64,000 bases of DNA from Octopus sinensis (lineage: Eukaryota): contig NC_042997.1 in the NCBI RefSeq assembly GCF_006345805.1, positions 163,184,001-163,248,000 of the forward strand, read 5' to 3'. Positions 49,501 through 61,844 of this stretch are shown here, one piece after another; within the stretch, counting starts at the first letter, position 1, and each line of letters begins with the position of its first letter. The position numbers and the translations under genes were made by a program. The notes under the pieces are model-generated. The model was not told the DNA's origin. It saw only the letters and a program-made list of their open reading frames with translations, and did no database searches.

Positions 49501-50145
49501 AATAAGCAGACCCATGATAAAAGCAACCAAACCACGACTGTTCCGTCTTTTCTCCCTTTTTTGCAGGTTTAGTTTATCTCAGTTTACATTAATCAATGTG
49601 CCCTTATGATTTTAAAATAATGGAGTTTGATTTGGAGGAGATTTAACTGGTATTTCTAGTGAGCAAATCTATGATCAAAGGCATTCCAGTCATGGCCTAC
49701 CTGTGAGTTTTTAGGAGTATCTAGAACTACATTATCCAATGTGTCCTCAATGTGTGATTTGAGGGACATTTGGTTGCTACTTCTGACAGGTTTTGATCTC
49801 ATTGAAACTCACATAGGCATACATTTAGCTGATTATGAGTCATGTACAATTATCACAAATGTTTTAATGACTGAATTGTCACAGACTTTGACATACTTAC
49901 ACACACAAACATACATACATAGCATGGAAGGCAGATGTTAAACGATGATGATGATGATACATACATACATATGTCGTCATTGTTATCATCATCATCGTCA
50001 TCATTGTCATAATCGTTGTCGTAGTCATCATCGTTGTATTCATCGTATTCCCATCATCATTATTTAACGTCCATTTTCCATGCTGGTATGGGTTGGATGG
50101 TTTGACAGGATCCCACAAGTTGTATATATTCACAAGATATATATA

Positions 50146-51033
50146 CATAGGGTGTGATAGGTAAACTGTCACCATTTAAAATTTTATATTTCGTGCATGC
50201 ACATTGTTTGTTTTTGATTTTGTCGGCTACACAGTATAGTAGGGTCAGTTGAGCACCATCTGTGAAAAAAACAGCACCATGACACAGTTAACTCTGCCAG
50301 AAATTTGGAAACAACATGCTGTACTGCATGGCATTTGCACTGGAAGCTCCAATAAAAACAGATGGTGAACACAGAACAATCATTGGCTTGCTGGGTCCCA
50401 AAAACATGTACCAAGAGTGATAAAAATCAAATATTGAGTCAACATCATGGTGTTTGGAGTGATCACTAGCGATGGTGATGCTATGTCTCCATTCATCTTC
50501 CCATACAGCCTCAGACTCAACACAGAAGCCTATATCAAGTGCCTGGAAGAGGTAGTGCTGCTTTGGGTCAAGAGGGAGGCTGCTGGAAAACCCTATGTCT
50601 GGCAACAGGACTCTGCACCATGCCACACAAGCAGGAGAACCCAGTCATGGCTGTCAAACAATATCTGCAATCACATCACACCTAACATTTGGCCACCTAA
50701 CTTCCCAGACTGCAACCCCCTTGATTATTATGTGTAGGTCACAGTTGAGCGAGAGACCAACGAAACTCCTTGTAGCATCAAAGATGAACTGAAGGCAAGG
50801 AGCATGGCAGCATTCACCTACTTAAACAAGAGACCATCCAGAAGAGTTGCAAGAGATTCCAAAGTCGGCTGGAGGCCAGAGTTGAAGCCAATGGCAATTT
50901 TATTGAACAAATTTACTCTTTAGTATTTCAAGATATTTTTATGTAATTTTGGCAAATATATCTATTAAAGTGAGATGTCAGCGTTATTTCCATTTTTGCA
51001 TAATTTAGATGACGTTATATTCACTGCAACCTG
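50146..51033 (+). mobile_element. Internally deleted maT-family (DD37D) Tc1/mariner transposon
   Basis: ORF 50447-50737 has WQQDSAPCH...WPPNFPDCNPLDY, with 37 residues between the second and third catalytic Asp (counted). Degenerate cagggtg-type TIRs with flanking TA. Confidence 0.9.
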
Positions 51034-51526
51034 TATATATAAACATTAATAAATATGTGGGTTTTAGAAAATGGAAATTTTAAAGTTTTACATTTTGCTG
51101 TATTGTAAATGTTTCATATTTCTGAATAAATATTTTCTGAATAAATAATTCTCATTATGTAACAGCTTTCCAAGAAACAGTCAACATATAAATCCAAAAT
51201 GAGTTACTTGTATCAGAATGCAGCAAATGGATTTTCACACTCCTATAGTTTATAATCTATAAGAAGTAATGTTGACAATGATAGAGCAAAAAAAGAATTA
51301 AAAAACAAACCCTATAAAGATACATACATACATACATACATACATATATGTTTTGCAAACAACTTGCACATACAAGTGCTACTAGTCGAAAGCTGCACAT
51401 ACCGGAAGCCAGAAAGTGTATGGGGTCATGAGGAGAAGATGTGTGCTGTTTCGGGGCCTACCTCATATATACATACACACACATATGTCTCCTTATTTAC
51501 ACACACACACACTCACTGCTAGAATA

Positions 51527-52025
51527 AGAATAGGCTGAGCAAAGTTCAAAGAGCTCCTACCTCTGCTGGTAACAAAGTGCCTCTCGTTCAGAGTGAAAGG
51601 CAGACTGTAGGATGCCTGTGTGCAAACAGCCACACTTCACAGCAGTGAAACATGGGCAGTGACTGCTGAGGACATATATAGGCTTGTAAGAAATGAAACC
51701 AGTATGCTCTGCTGGATGTGTAATGTTAGTGTGCATGCATGACAAAGTGTAAGCATCCTGAGGGAAAAGTTGGATATAAGAAGCATCAGATATGGCGTGA
51801 AAGGGAGACGACTGTGCTGGTATGGTCATGTGATGTGTATGGATGAGGACAACTAGGTAAGGAAGTTCCAATCTCTGTAGAGGGAACCTGTGGTAGAGAG
51901 GTAGACCCAGGAAGACATGGGACAAGGTGGTGAAGCATGATCTTCAAACATTTGGCCTGACAGAGACAATGACTAGTGACCAAAACTTTTGGCGATATGC
52001 TGTGCATGAGAAGACCTGTCAAGCC
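51527..52025 (+). mobile_element. RTE-clade LINE 3' fragment
   Basis: Colinear with 34265-34800 (ctagaataagaataggctg...agacccaggaagacatgggacaaggtggtgaagcatgatcttc). Confidence 0.9.
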
Positions 52026-52280
52026 AAAGTGAAATCATAGTCGTAGCTGATGCTAGTGTCATGTCACAGGCCCATTAAAAGCCCATTAAAAATTGTTGGG
52101 TGATATGCTACGCTTGTGAAGACCTGTTGAACCAAGTGAAATTGTAGTTGTGGCCGATGCCAGTGCAGTCTGACTGTCATCTGTGCCAGTAGCACATAAA
52201 AGCACCATTCAAGTGTTGGGTCTCATTTGTCAAGCCAAGTGAGACAGTAGTCATGGCTGATGCCAGTATCAGATCAATGG

Positions 52281-52330
52281 CACTCTGAGAGTGTAGTGGG
52301 TGTAAATACACCCACTACACTCTCAGAGTG
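52281..52330. repeat. Perfect 24-bp-arm palindrome with a 2-nt spacer at a SINE D junction
   Basis: cactctgagagtgtagtgggtgta-aa-tacacccactacactctcagagtg. Confidence 0.95.
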
Positions 52331-52482
52331 GTTGGCATTAGGAAGGGCATCTAGCCATAGAAAACTTGCCAAATCAGGTTGGAACCTGGTGCAGTCCCCT
52401 CAGCTTACCAGTTTTCTGTCAAACCATCCAACCCATACCAACATAGAAAGTGGACGTTCATTGATGATAATGATGATGATGT
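52307..52482. mobile_element. RTE-tail SINE, family D
   Basis: cccactacactctcagagtggttggcattaggaagggcatc...gtggacgttcattgatgataatgatg. Confidence 0.85.
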
Positions 52483-52505
52483 GTGTGTGAATCCTTATAT
52501 ATGTA

Positions 52506-52910
52506 TAGGAGTGGCTGTGTGGTAAGTAGCTTACTTACCAACCACATGGTTCCAGGTTCAGTCCCACTGTGTGGCATCTTGGGCAAGTGTTGTCTACTAT
52601 AGCCTTGGACTGACCAAAGCTTTGTGAGTGGATTTAGTAGACAGAAACTGAAAGAAGCCTATCATATATATATAAATGTGTGTGTGTTTGTATGTTTGTG
52701 TGTCTGTGTTTGTCCCCCCACAATTGCTTGACAACCAATGTTGGTGGGTTTGCATTCCTGTTCAACAAAAGAGACCAATAGAATAAGTAATAGGCTTACA
52801 AAGAATAAGTCCTGGGGTCGATTTGTTCAACTAAAGCAGTGTTCCAGCATGGCTGCAGTCAGATGACTGAAACAAATAAAAGAATGAAAGAATAAAAGAA
52901 TAAAAGAATA
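52506..52910 (+). mobile_element. tRNA-head SINE, family A, full length
   Basis: ggagtggctgtgtggtaagtagc...ggttccaggttcagtccc...gactgaaacaaataaaaga followed by an (aataaaag) tail. Confidence 0.93.
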
Positions 52911-52929
52911 TATATAGAATATGAAGGAT

Positions 52930-53315
52930 TTAGTTCACTGGCGATCTGAATGAATAAGTATTCTAAGTAAGTAAAACAGTAGATAGAAGAATGCAGACAG
53001 AAGAATAAAGTCCACAGCTCATCTTCTTCCAGCTTGTATGGAGGTTGGTCTGTACTTTCATGAAGGTACAGATCCTTAAGTATAATCCCAGGCAAATCCA
53101 CACAATATTCTTGTAGTATTTTGAATGTTGTGTTCATAACTTTATTCTCCTATCTGTATTCTTCTATCTACTGTTTCATTCCTTTATACACTGTGAATTC
53201 TCTGCCTACAACTTTTTGATATACTCACCTTGTCTCTGATGATGGAATACCCAGTGTATGGAGATGCTAACCTATCACTCATGATATCCCAGAAGACAGC
53301 TGTAAGACATCCAAT
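52930..53315 (-). mobile_element. Penelope-like element fragment
   Basis: Minus ORF TTFKILQEY...QPPYKLEEDELWTL and the terminal-type motif tctgatgatggaatac...gaagacagctgtaag. Assignment from recalled family features only. Confidence 0.45.
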
Positions 53316-53372
53316 AATTAATTAATTGATTAATTGATTTAATTAATTAATTAATTAATTAATTAATTAATT
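53316..53372. repeat. (TTAA)n self-complementary microsatellite
   Basis: Directly visible. Confidence 0.95.
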
Positions 53373-53834
53373 GCTTCAAATTCAGCTTACTCCAATTAGA
53401 TATTCTAAATGACTTGAGATATTCATCCTGCCTTGGTTTTATTGTCCTTTTTCCTCTTATATGTGTGTGTGTATGTGTGCATGTGCTGTGGTGTGTGTGT
53501 GTGAGGGATAAGATGTTTTAAAATGCAATATGTTGAAGAATGTGAGTAAAAAATAAAAGTTAGTGAAGTGATATTGAAGATAACATTTGCCTAAATATAT
53601 AATAAATAGTATGATGTTGTTAGAGGCAGAGATCAAACACAACCTCTATCTCGTCTGAACTGGATTTGGTATTTTGTGACTGAAGGAACCTTTTATAACC
53701 CAGTGAAAAGCTATTAATGTTAAGGGGTTTTTTTGGAATAAAAAGACAAAATGTCATTTTTGGAATGTAAGTGAATAATTATTCCTTCCATTGCCATGAC
53801 TACCACTAATATCGTAACAGTCAAACTGATTGTA

Positions 53835-54399
53835 TTGGGTTGTCCGGAAAGTTTGTGCCGATTTTTAAAGGAAAGTAAAAGGTCAATTAATACTTGCCAT
53901 TATATTTTTAATCAACCAAATATGAACCATTTTGTTGCACAATGCATCTCTATCTTTCCTTTAACTTGAAAATACCCTCTTCACAGAATTGAGGTGGTTT
54001 CATAGCAAAGAATTCATCAAGGTATCTTTTACATGATCTAAGGAATTGAAATTTTTACCATTAAGACTATTCTGCAGAGACCTGAATAAGTGAAAATCTG
54101 AAGGAGCAATATCTGGTGAATATGGAGGGTGGGGTAACACATCCCAGCCGAGCTGCAGCAATTTTTGTCTGGTTCCCAAAGCATCAAGTGCCGAAAACAA
54201 ACTTTCTCATCTTCCATTTTAAAGGGTTTCAGAATTAACACAGGTTATAGGAACATAAACCTTCTTCCACGAAAAGATAGCTTAAACTGTGCTCTAAATG
54301 GAGGTGTAGTCAAATCCTATTTTATGGGCTCAACCATGTTCTAAAATAAGTCGAAACGTAAGCTACTATAAATCGGCACAAACTCTCCGGACAACCCAA
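53835..54399 (-). mobile_element. Internally deleted mariner element
   Basis: TA TSDs; 30-bp TIRs ttgggttgtccggaaagtttgtgccgattt and aaatcggcacaaactctccggacaacccaa. The remnant encodes KLLQLGWDVLPHPPYSPDIAPSDFHLFRSLQNSL, the mariner YSPDLAPSD motif. Confidence 0.95.
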
Positions 54400-54734
54400 T
54401 ATATTATGTTTTGAGACATAAAATATAATACAGCTTCAGTTGTATTTCTATATTTAAGAAGAAATATGAGTTTGTGTTTTACAAAAGGACATTTGCAAAG
54501 CACACACTGTCACCCAAAGATGGCTGGAGTATTTGCTGAGTGCTGTGTTCATCACCCAGAATTAACCCCAATCAAGATGTCACCTTGGAGCCAACCTATG
54601 GAATAATGAATTGTGGGCCTTTTCCAATACCATGACCAAGGCCCTGATGGAGTGTCATGCTGAGTAATGGTATCTGATGAACTCTAGATATTGGTGACAG
54701 AACTGGTGTATCCATCATCATGTTCAGTACTATT

Positions 54735-55150
54735 GCAAGCTTTAGTCAACGGATGATGATGACAATGATGACGACGATCGTAGTGGTGGTGGTTGTTTTA
54801 GGAGGATGGAGGAGGAGAGTGAAGGAGGAGGAGAGTAAAGGAGGAAGAGAGTGGAGGAGGAGATTGGTAATGGTGGTGGTAGTGGTGGTGGTGGCGGCGG
54901 CGGCAGTGGTGATGGAGGAGGAGGAGGAGGAAGGGGAAGAACAGGAGGAAGAACAGGGGGAAGAACAGGGGGGAAGAACAGAAGGAGGAGGAAGAAGATG
55001 ATTATGATAATGACGTTCATGATAATGATGATTATGACATTGACGATCATGATAATGATGATGAAGACAACGATGACGATCATGATAATGATGATGATGG
55101 CCACTACTATGACAGTAACAAGGACGATTACATAACAATGATAATGACAA
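54735..55150. repeat. Compound triplet tract (GGT/GGC/GGA/GAT/GAC)
   Basis: Directly visible. Source of the low-complexity ORFs at 54720-55167. Confidence 0.93.
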
Positions 55151-55329
55151 CCATTAGGCACAAACATAAAATAACCAACACCAAAACATTTTTTGTATTT
55201 TTTCTGTAGATATTTTAAATTCAGTTACTCAGTTTGTATTTATCTTACATAACCACAAATGTCTCAGTTAATTTTGAAAATAATCAAGAATTTTTTGAAG
55301 GCTTTAGCATAAAAATAACTGACCTGTTA

Positions 55330-56055
55330 ATAATTAAGCTGATGTTTTATACATAACTAAAATTGCCAAGAAGGCTGAGGGTATCTTGGCATCACTTACC
55401 AAGTCCTTTGTGAGCTGCTCTCTGGCTATCAATCTGAGGCTTTATATAGCTATGGTGCGGCCTCACCTGGAGTTTGCATCACCGGTCTGGAACCCCTATC
55501 TTGCCCAGGATATTAATCATCTGGAAACCGTTCAGCGACGTGCAACCAAGAGAATACCCTCCATTAGGCATTTGCCATATTCTGAACACCTTACTTCCCT
55601 GGGCATGGATACATTGAAACTCCAACGTCTGGCAGCTGACTTGGCAGACACCCATAAAATTATTAACCATCTTACTGACAGTTACTCTGAGCACCTTTTT
55701 CAAACTCCACCTGTCTAACACCCATGGACATGTTTACAAAGTCAGAAAACAGCACAGCTCCCATGACTTTTGGAAACATTTTTTCACGCTAAGAGTTGCT
55801 GAAGTATAGAACAAACTGCTGGCATCAGTTGTTAGTTGTCGGAGCACTGCATCCTTCAAAACTTCCATGCTTCCTGAGATTCGCCAATACTACACCTGAT
55901 TTTCTCCCCTCCATACACATGCAAGCATGTATCTCACTCATACACTGTTCACTTCCCAGACATTTGTACATTACTGCATATTTTTTATACGCACTTTTGA
56001 CTAGTTGTGGTGCACCTGAGCACTGTATACAATAATTTCATTATTATATTATTAT
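55330..56055 (+). mobile_element. CR1-type LINE 3' end
   Basis: ORF 55386-55718 has LYIAMVRPHLEFASPVWNPYLAQDINHLETVQRRATK...YSEHL..LG..TL..QRL, the CR1/L2 ORF2 C-terminus. Ends in an attatt tail. Confidence 0.92.
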
Positions 56056-56904
56056 TTTTAACAAAAAGTTTAAACAAAAACACTTCAAATCAGGAGTTTT
56101 GTATCAAAGTATTAGAAGCAGTCTTGGGAAAGGAGTTTTATACAAAATGGTTAATCTTTTATTTATCTTGATCTTTCCACCAAATGTATAGTAATATTGA
56201 CCAAGTATTAACTATTCTGTTGGCAGATCATCTACCTATTCTGGATGCTAATGCATGAGTCCATAAATTATAAAGATAAACTAGATACTGGTTATTTTGA
56301 TGTTATTCACTGCCATTATAAAAATGACTTATATTGATATATTTACCTACCAATATAGTTACAAAGAAACATTAGCTGATTTAATTAGCTACATATTCTC
56401 AAAGTTACAGCAACATTATTTCCTTTGATATTTGCGTGAATTTAGTTTGGTGTTTAGTTTAGAACTGAGAGCGAGCTTTCAAATGTAAGGAATTATGTTA
56501 GAAACATCAAGAGAAAAATACTCTTTACTTTGATCTTAGTGTGTTCTTATCTATAGAGGTGATAAGGAAAAAAAAATACTATATTAAAAGAAAAAATAAA
56601 GCAACTGAAGACCTATTTACATAATATATGTTACCTGTATATAAACATGATACTTCTTTCTTTTCTTTTTCAATTCATGTACACAAAGATATTTACACTC
56701 TCTTGGAAAATATTCAGATTGTCCATGTTATACACACACAACACATTTCTCTCTCCAGTCAGATGCACTTACACATACTCATACTATTACACCTTCCCCC
56801 TCTCTCTCATATATATATATGTACATGTACACACATGTATAGATATAGATATAGATACATATATATAGTCATTTAAAATTCATTTTTCTCATGCTTTTTC
56901 ATAG

Positions 56905-57060
56905 TTGGATGGGTTTTCTCTGCACAGTATCTCACCACTTGTTGTGATCCCTAGTAATTGCCTTCATGAGGTTCTGCATCCTGAGATCAACCTTCAGCTA
57001 TTTTTCCTGTGTCTTCTCAGTCTTACCAGTCTTTATCTTTTCCAGGCCATCTTTCACAAG
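56905..57060 (-). mobile_element. RTE LINE extreme 3' fragment
   Basis: The reverse complement resembles 34670-34780 (agacacaggaaaaa...gttgatctcagg...atgaaggcaattactagggatc). Confidence 0.55.
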
Positions 57061-57682
57061 AAAAAAGAAAAAAAAAACATAGAGGATAATGTAGTCCTAA
57101 ATACACTGTGTAGAAAAGTTGGATGATCATTAACAGAATGTACTTTGATCATGGATTTGCTTGATCAGGATTGACTTGGGTTGAACAACAATTTTTTTTT
57201 TTTTTTTGAGAAAAAAAGGAGCGAGTGGGGACTGACCGCTCTTCTTCACATTTGTTATTTGGTTGAGAAGTTCAAGGATCTTACACCCACTTCGACTGCA
57301 TGAAATTTTATTAACAAGAATGAGAAGAAGGAAACGTCAGCTTGCAAGTTTCTACTAAATATTTCCCTACAAAAATCTTTTGATCTCCCACCATGCTTCT
57401 GAAGAATTGGGTTGTATAGTGCAGCTGAACAACTTTGATTGCCAGATGATGGCACAGGATTCTGTGGACATCATTGCTAGTTCAACCTAGGTTGTAAAGA
57501 AATAATGCTTCAGACATGCTGCTGAGGTGGTAGGCTCTGAAAAATAATAGAGATTATTGGAACTGTACAGGACAAAAGTGACAGACTTAGATGTATATGG
57601 GACAAATAGTATATTAGTGTCCTACCAGAATAACATGGGAATGGGAGCATGTAGAATACTGATTTCAGATACTGACACTAGG

Positions 57683-57808
57683 CCAGCAATTTTATATTAT
57701 CGACCCTGAAAGTTGATCTCAGCAGAATTTGAACTCAGAACATAAAGACAGACAAAATACCACTAAGAACTTTGCCCAGCAGGCTAACGATTTTGCGAGC
57801 TTGCCACC
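57683..57808 (-). mobile_element. SINE family B fragment
   Basis: cgaccctgaaag...agaatttgaactcagaac...gcccagcaggctaacgattttgcgagcttgccaccttc. Confidence 0.85.
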
Positions 57809-58135
57809 TTCGGCATGTAGAATATTGTGGCCAAAGTGGAATGAGACAATTAAGCATGGTTGTTTAGATGCTGGCAATTTGGCAAAACTGACTGTTTCAG
57901 TAACTGTACTTTTGACACTGGAGAGAGAGAGACATTCATACGCATACATGTACAGAAAAATATGCAGACAAATAGAAAGAATAACTGAGAGAGAGAGAGA
58001 GGACTTTATTAATTGAACACAACTGGCATGACCACTTTCCCTCTCCTCATACATATAAAGAGAAATAGGCTCACACACATAAACAGAGTGAGAGGGGTGA
58101 GAGAGAGAGAATAAAAGAAACATTAAAACATGAGA

Positions 58136-58422
58136 TGTACTCGCATAGCAAGTGATTTGATCTGAGATCGTGTGCTGAAACGAAAACAATTGCAGCGTGG
58201 AAGGTGTTTGTAAGCCATATAAGAAACACACAAAAGCTGTTCGATTCACTTCAACATTTAAGTTTAATTTGTCAAAATATTTTCGTCGCTAAAATCCTCG
58301 ACCTGTTCACTGACAAAAATCCATGCTGCATATTTTGACAAATTAAACTTAAATGTTGAAGTGAATCGAACGGCTTTTGTGTGTTTCTTAAATGGCTTAC
58401 AAACACCTTCCACGCTGCAATT
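58136..58422. mobile_element. 287-bp insertion containing a 93-bp-arm inverted repeat, flanked by a 14-bp direct repeat
   Basis: Arms at 58188-58280 and 58330-58422 (2 mismatches by eye). attaaaacatgaga at 58122-58135 and 58423-58436. Confidence 0.85.
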
Positions 58423-58517
58423 ATTAAAACATGAGAAACATTAAAATGTCAATTGTCAACCCCAAAAAGGCAGTGTCAAACAGCTGTGTCAAAATGTCTC
58501 ATACTCTTATATTTCAT

Positions 58518-58895
58518 TTTTTACTTGTTTCAGTCATTATACTGCAGCCATGCTGGGGCATCACCTTGAAGAATCTTAGTCGAATGAATCAACCCCAGTA
58601 CTTACTTGTTTTTTAAAGCCTGATTCTTATTCTATCAGTCTCTTTCGCTGCTATGTTACAGGAAACATAAACACACCATCACCAGTTATCTCGCAGTAGT
58701 GGAAGCAAGCACAAACACAAAGACACACACACACATGATGGGCTTCTTTCACTTTCCATCCACCAAATTCACTGCCAAGATTTTGGTCAGCTGAGGCTAT
58801 AGTAGAAGACACTTGCTCAAGGTGCCATGCAGTGAGACTGAACCTGGAACCACGTGGTTGGGACATAAACATCTTACCATACAGCCATGCCCATA
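58518..58895 (-). mobile_element. tRNA-head SINE, family A
   Basis: Colinear with 6478-6870. Confidence 0.9.
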
Positions 58896-58923
58896 GCTAC
58901 ACACACACACACACATACACACA

Positions 58924-59720
58924 CAGAGGGTGTGGTGAAAACACTGTCGTCTAAATTACACAAAAACGAAAATAACACTGACAAAAGATTTTACCAGAGA
59001 TATTTACAAAAATTACATAAAATATCTTGAAATACTAAAGAGTAAATTTATTCAATAAAATCACCATTGGCTTCAACCACAGCCTCCAGACAACTTCAGA
59101 ATCTCCTGCAACTCTTCTGGATGGTCTCCTTGTTTAAGTAGGTGAATGCTGCCATAATCCTTGCCTTCAGTTCATCTTTGGTGTTACAGAGAATTCTGTT
59201 GGTCTCTCGCTCAGCTGTGTCTCACACATAATAATCAAAGGGGCTGCAATCTGGGGAGTTAAATGGCCAGATGTTGGGGGTGATGTGGTCACAGAAATTC
59301 TCTGACAGCCATGACTGGGTTCTCTTGCTTGTGTGGCATGGTGCAAAGTTCTTTTGTCAGACATAGGGTTTTCCAGCAGCCTCCTCTTGACCCAGGGCAG
59401 CACTACCTCCTCCAGGCACTTGATATAGGCCTCTGTGGGAAGATGAATAGAGGCATAACATTGCTATCACTAGAGATCATTCCAAACACCATAATGTTGA
59501 CTAGATGCTTGATTTCTATTAATCTTGGTACTTGTCCTCAGATTGACATCCAAACATTCTGAAATATTCATATTGGAGCTTCCAGAATGAATGCCAAGCA
59601 GTACAGCATGTCGTTTCCAAATTTCTGGTGGAGTGAATTGTGTCATGGTGCTTTTTTTTCTCACAGGCAGTGCCCAACTGACCCTACTATATTGTGTAGT
59701 TGACAAAATCAAAAACATGC
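58924..59720 (-). mobile_element. Second maT (DD37D) remnant in opposite orientation
   Basis: The reverse complement is colinear with 50207-51030 (cttcagttcatctttggtgttac..., ggcagtgcccaactgaccctactatattgtgtag). Confidence 0.9.
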
Positions 59721-60458
59721 ATAGAGAGAGAGAGAGAGAGATAGAGGGGGAGAGAGAGGGAGAGAAAGAGATGCAAATAAACATGATGAGGGTTGATAAT
59801 TATAAATATACATACATACACACATATACACATATAGACATATATATATAAGGATATATATAGATAAAAAAAAACTAAATATAATCAGAAGATAAACACA
59901 TGTGTACAAGCATGTACATATTTATATATACTGACAAATAAATTTATATTTATTTTTCCACTTGCTAATTATGAACTTTACAACTATTACGTAATTCCAA
60001 GGTCCTAGAAACAGCTATCAAGTTAAAAAATTATGCTTTCTCCTCTTAGTTTTGCATCGTTTTTACTCTATGTAAAAGTAAATTTGTCAATATATATGAA
60101 TCTCTATATGCTTATGCATACAGGGGTTGGACAAAATAATGGAAACACCTAGCATCATAATTTTGAAATAACTATAAAACCATGAAAAGCTTGTTTATTT
60201 TTATGTTTTTTGATTTATTATCGATCCATGCCAGCATGGAAGACAGGTGTTAAATGATCACACACACACACAGATATATATCATCATCATCATCATTGTC
60301 ATATAATGTCCACTTTGATACTTGATGTGTGGTACATTACGTATATACCCATTCAGGCAACTTGAATTTGTTGGAGGGAGTGAGCTAATATACAGCATAT
60401 ACATTTGATCACTGTAAATGAATCATTTGAGCAGGCTGTTCAGCAAGAAATTGCTGAA

Positions 60459-60687
60459 GGTGGCAAGCTGGCAGAAACTTTAGCACGCTGGGCAAAATGC
60501 TTATTGGTATTTCTCTGCCATCACGTTCTGAGTTCAAATTCTGCCAAGGTCGACTTTGACTTTCATCCTTTCAGGGTCGATTAAATAAGTACCAGTTATG
60601 CATTGGGGTCGATATAATCGACTTAATCTCTTTGTCTATCCTTGTTTGTCCCCTCTATGTTTAGCTCCTTGTGGGCAATAAAGAAAT
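60459..60687 (+). mobile_element. SINE family B, full length with perfect TSD
   Basis: aagaaattgctgaa at 60445-60458 and 60688-60701; body colinear with 44061-44291. Confidence 0.93.
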
Positions 60688-60830
60688 AAGAAATTGCTGA
60701 ACCATCTTCCTTGGACTATATGAAACTGCCATCATTGCATGCATGCATGCATGTATGTATGTATGTATGTATGTATGTATGTATGTATGTATGTATGTAT
60801 GTATGTATGTATGTATGTATGTATGTACGT

Positions 60831-61165
60831 GAAGGTGCCTGGCTAAGTGGTTAGAGCATTGGGCTCATAATCATGAAATAGTGAGTTCGATTCCCAGACC
60901 AGGCTGTGTGTTGTGTTCTTGAGCAAGACACTTTATTTCATGTTACTCCAGTTCACTCGGCTATAGAAACAAATTGTGAAATCACTGGTGCCAAGCTGTA
61001 TCAGCCATTGCCTTTCCCTTAGATAACATCAGTGGTGTAGAGAGGAGAGGCTGGTATGTGTGGGCGACTGCTGGTCTTCCATAAACAACCTTGTCTGGAC
61101 TTGTACCTTGGAGGGGAACTTTCTAAGTGCGATCTCATGGTCGTTCATGACCAAAGGGGGTCTTT
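60831..61165 (+). mobile_element. tRNA-head SINE (family C-related head, different tail)
   Basis: gaaggtgcctggctaagtggttagagc...gagttcgattccc...gtgttcttgagcaagacactttatttca. Confidence 0.85.
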
Positions 61166-61384
61166 CATGTATGTATGTGTATCAGTTGTGTATGCACCTT
61201 TGTAAGGGAGTAAATGTACATAACTGTGTATATGTATGTGTGTGTCTGTGTGTCAGTGTGTATGTGTGTGCATGTGTGCATGTTGAGAAGAGTTGAAACA
61301 TGAATATGAAGAATGAAAAGGCCTGCATGCAAATATGCATATATACAGATAGATGCATCCTCATGTGTAAAATATAGTCATCAG

Positions 61385-61840
61385 CATCGTCGTAACATCA
61401 TCATCATTAAATGTCCATCTTTCATGCTGGCACAGGTTGGATGGTTTTACAGGAACCATCAAATTGAGCTCCAATTGCTATCTTGGTATGATTTCTACAG
61501 GTGGATGTCCTTCCAAACACCAACCACTTACAGACTGTACTGGTTTATGTTGATGCCTTGCTGTACTCAAGAAAACCCATCCACCACAGCAGAATTGATA
61601 CTGGTGCTGGTGCCACATAAAAACCACTCATGCTGGTGCCACATAAAAGCACTCGTGCTAGTGCCACATTAAAAGCGTTGGTGCTGGTTGGTGTTAGGAA
61701 GTGCATTCAGCCACAGAAACCATGCTAGAATAGACAATGAAGTCTGGTGAGGCCCCTGGACATACCAGATCTGATCAAACCATTCAACTCATGCCAGCAT
61801 GGAAAATGGAAGTTAAATGATGATGAGGATGATGATGGCA
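61385..61840. mobile_element. Family D SINE pieces in both orientations, with ctggtgccacataaaa x3-4
   Basis: catcattaaatgtccatctttcatgctggcacagg at 61400 and ccagcatggaaaatggaagttaaatgatgatg at 61795. Confidence 0.8.
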
Positions 61841-61844
61841 CAAG

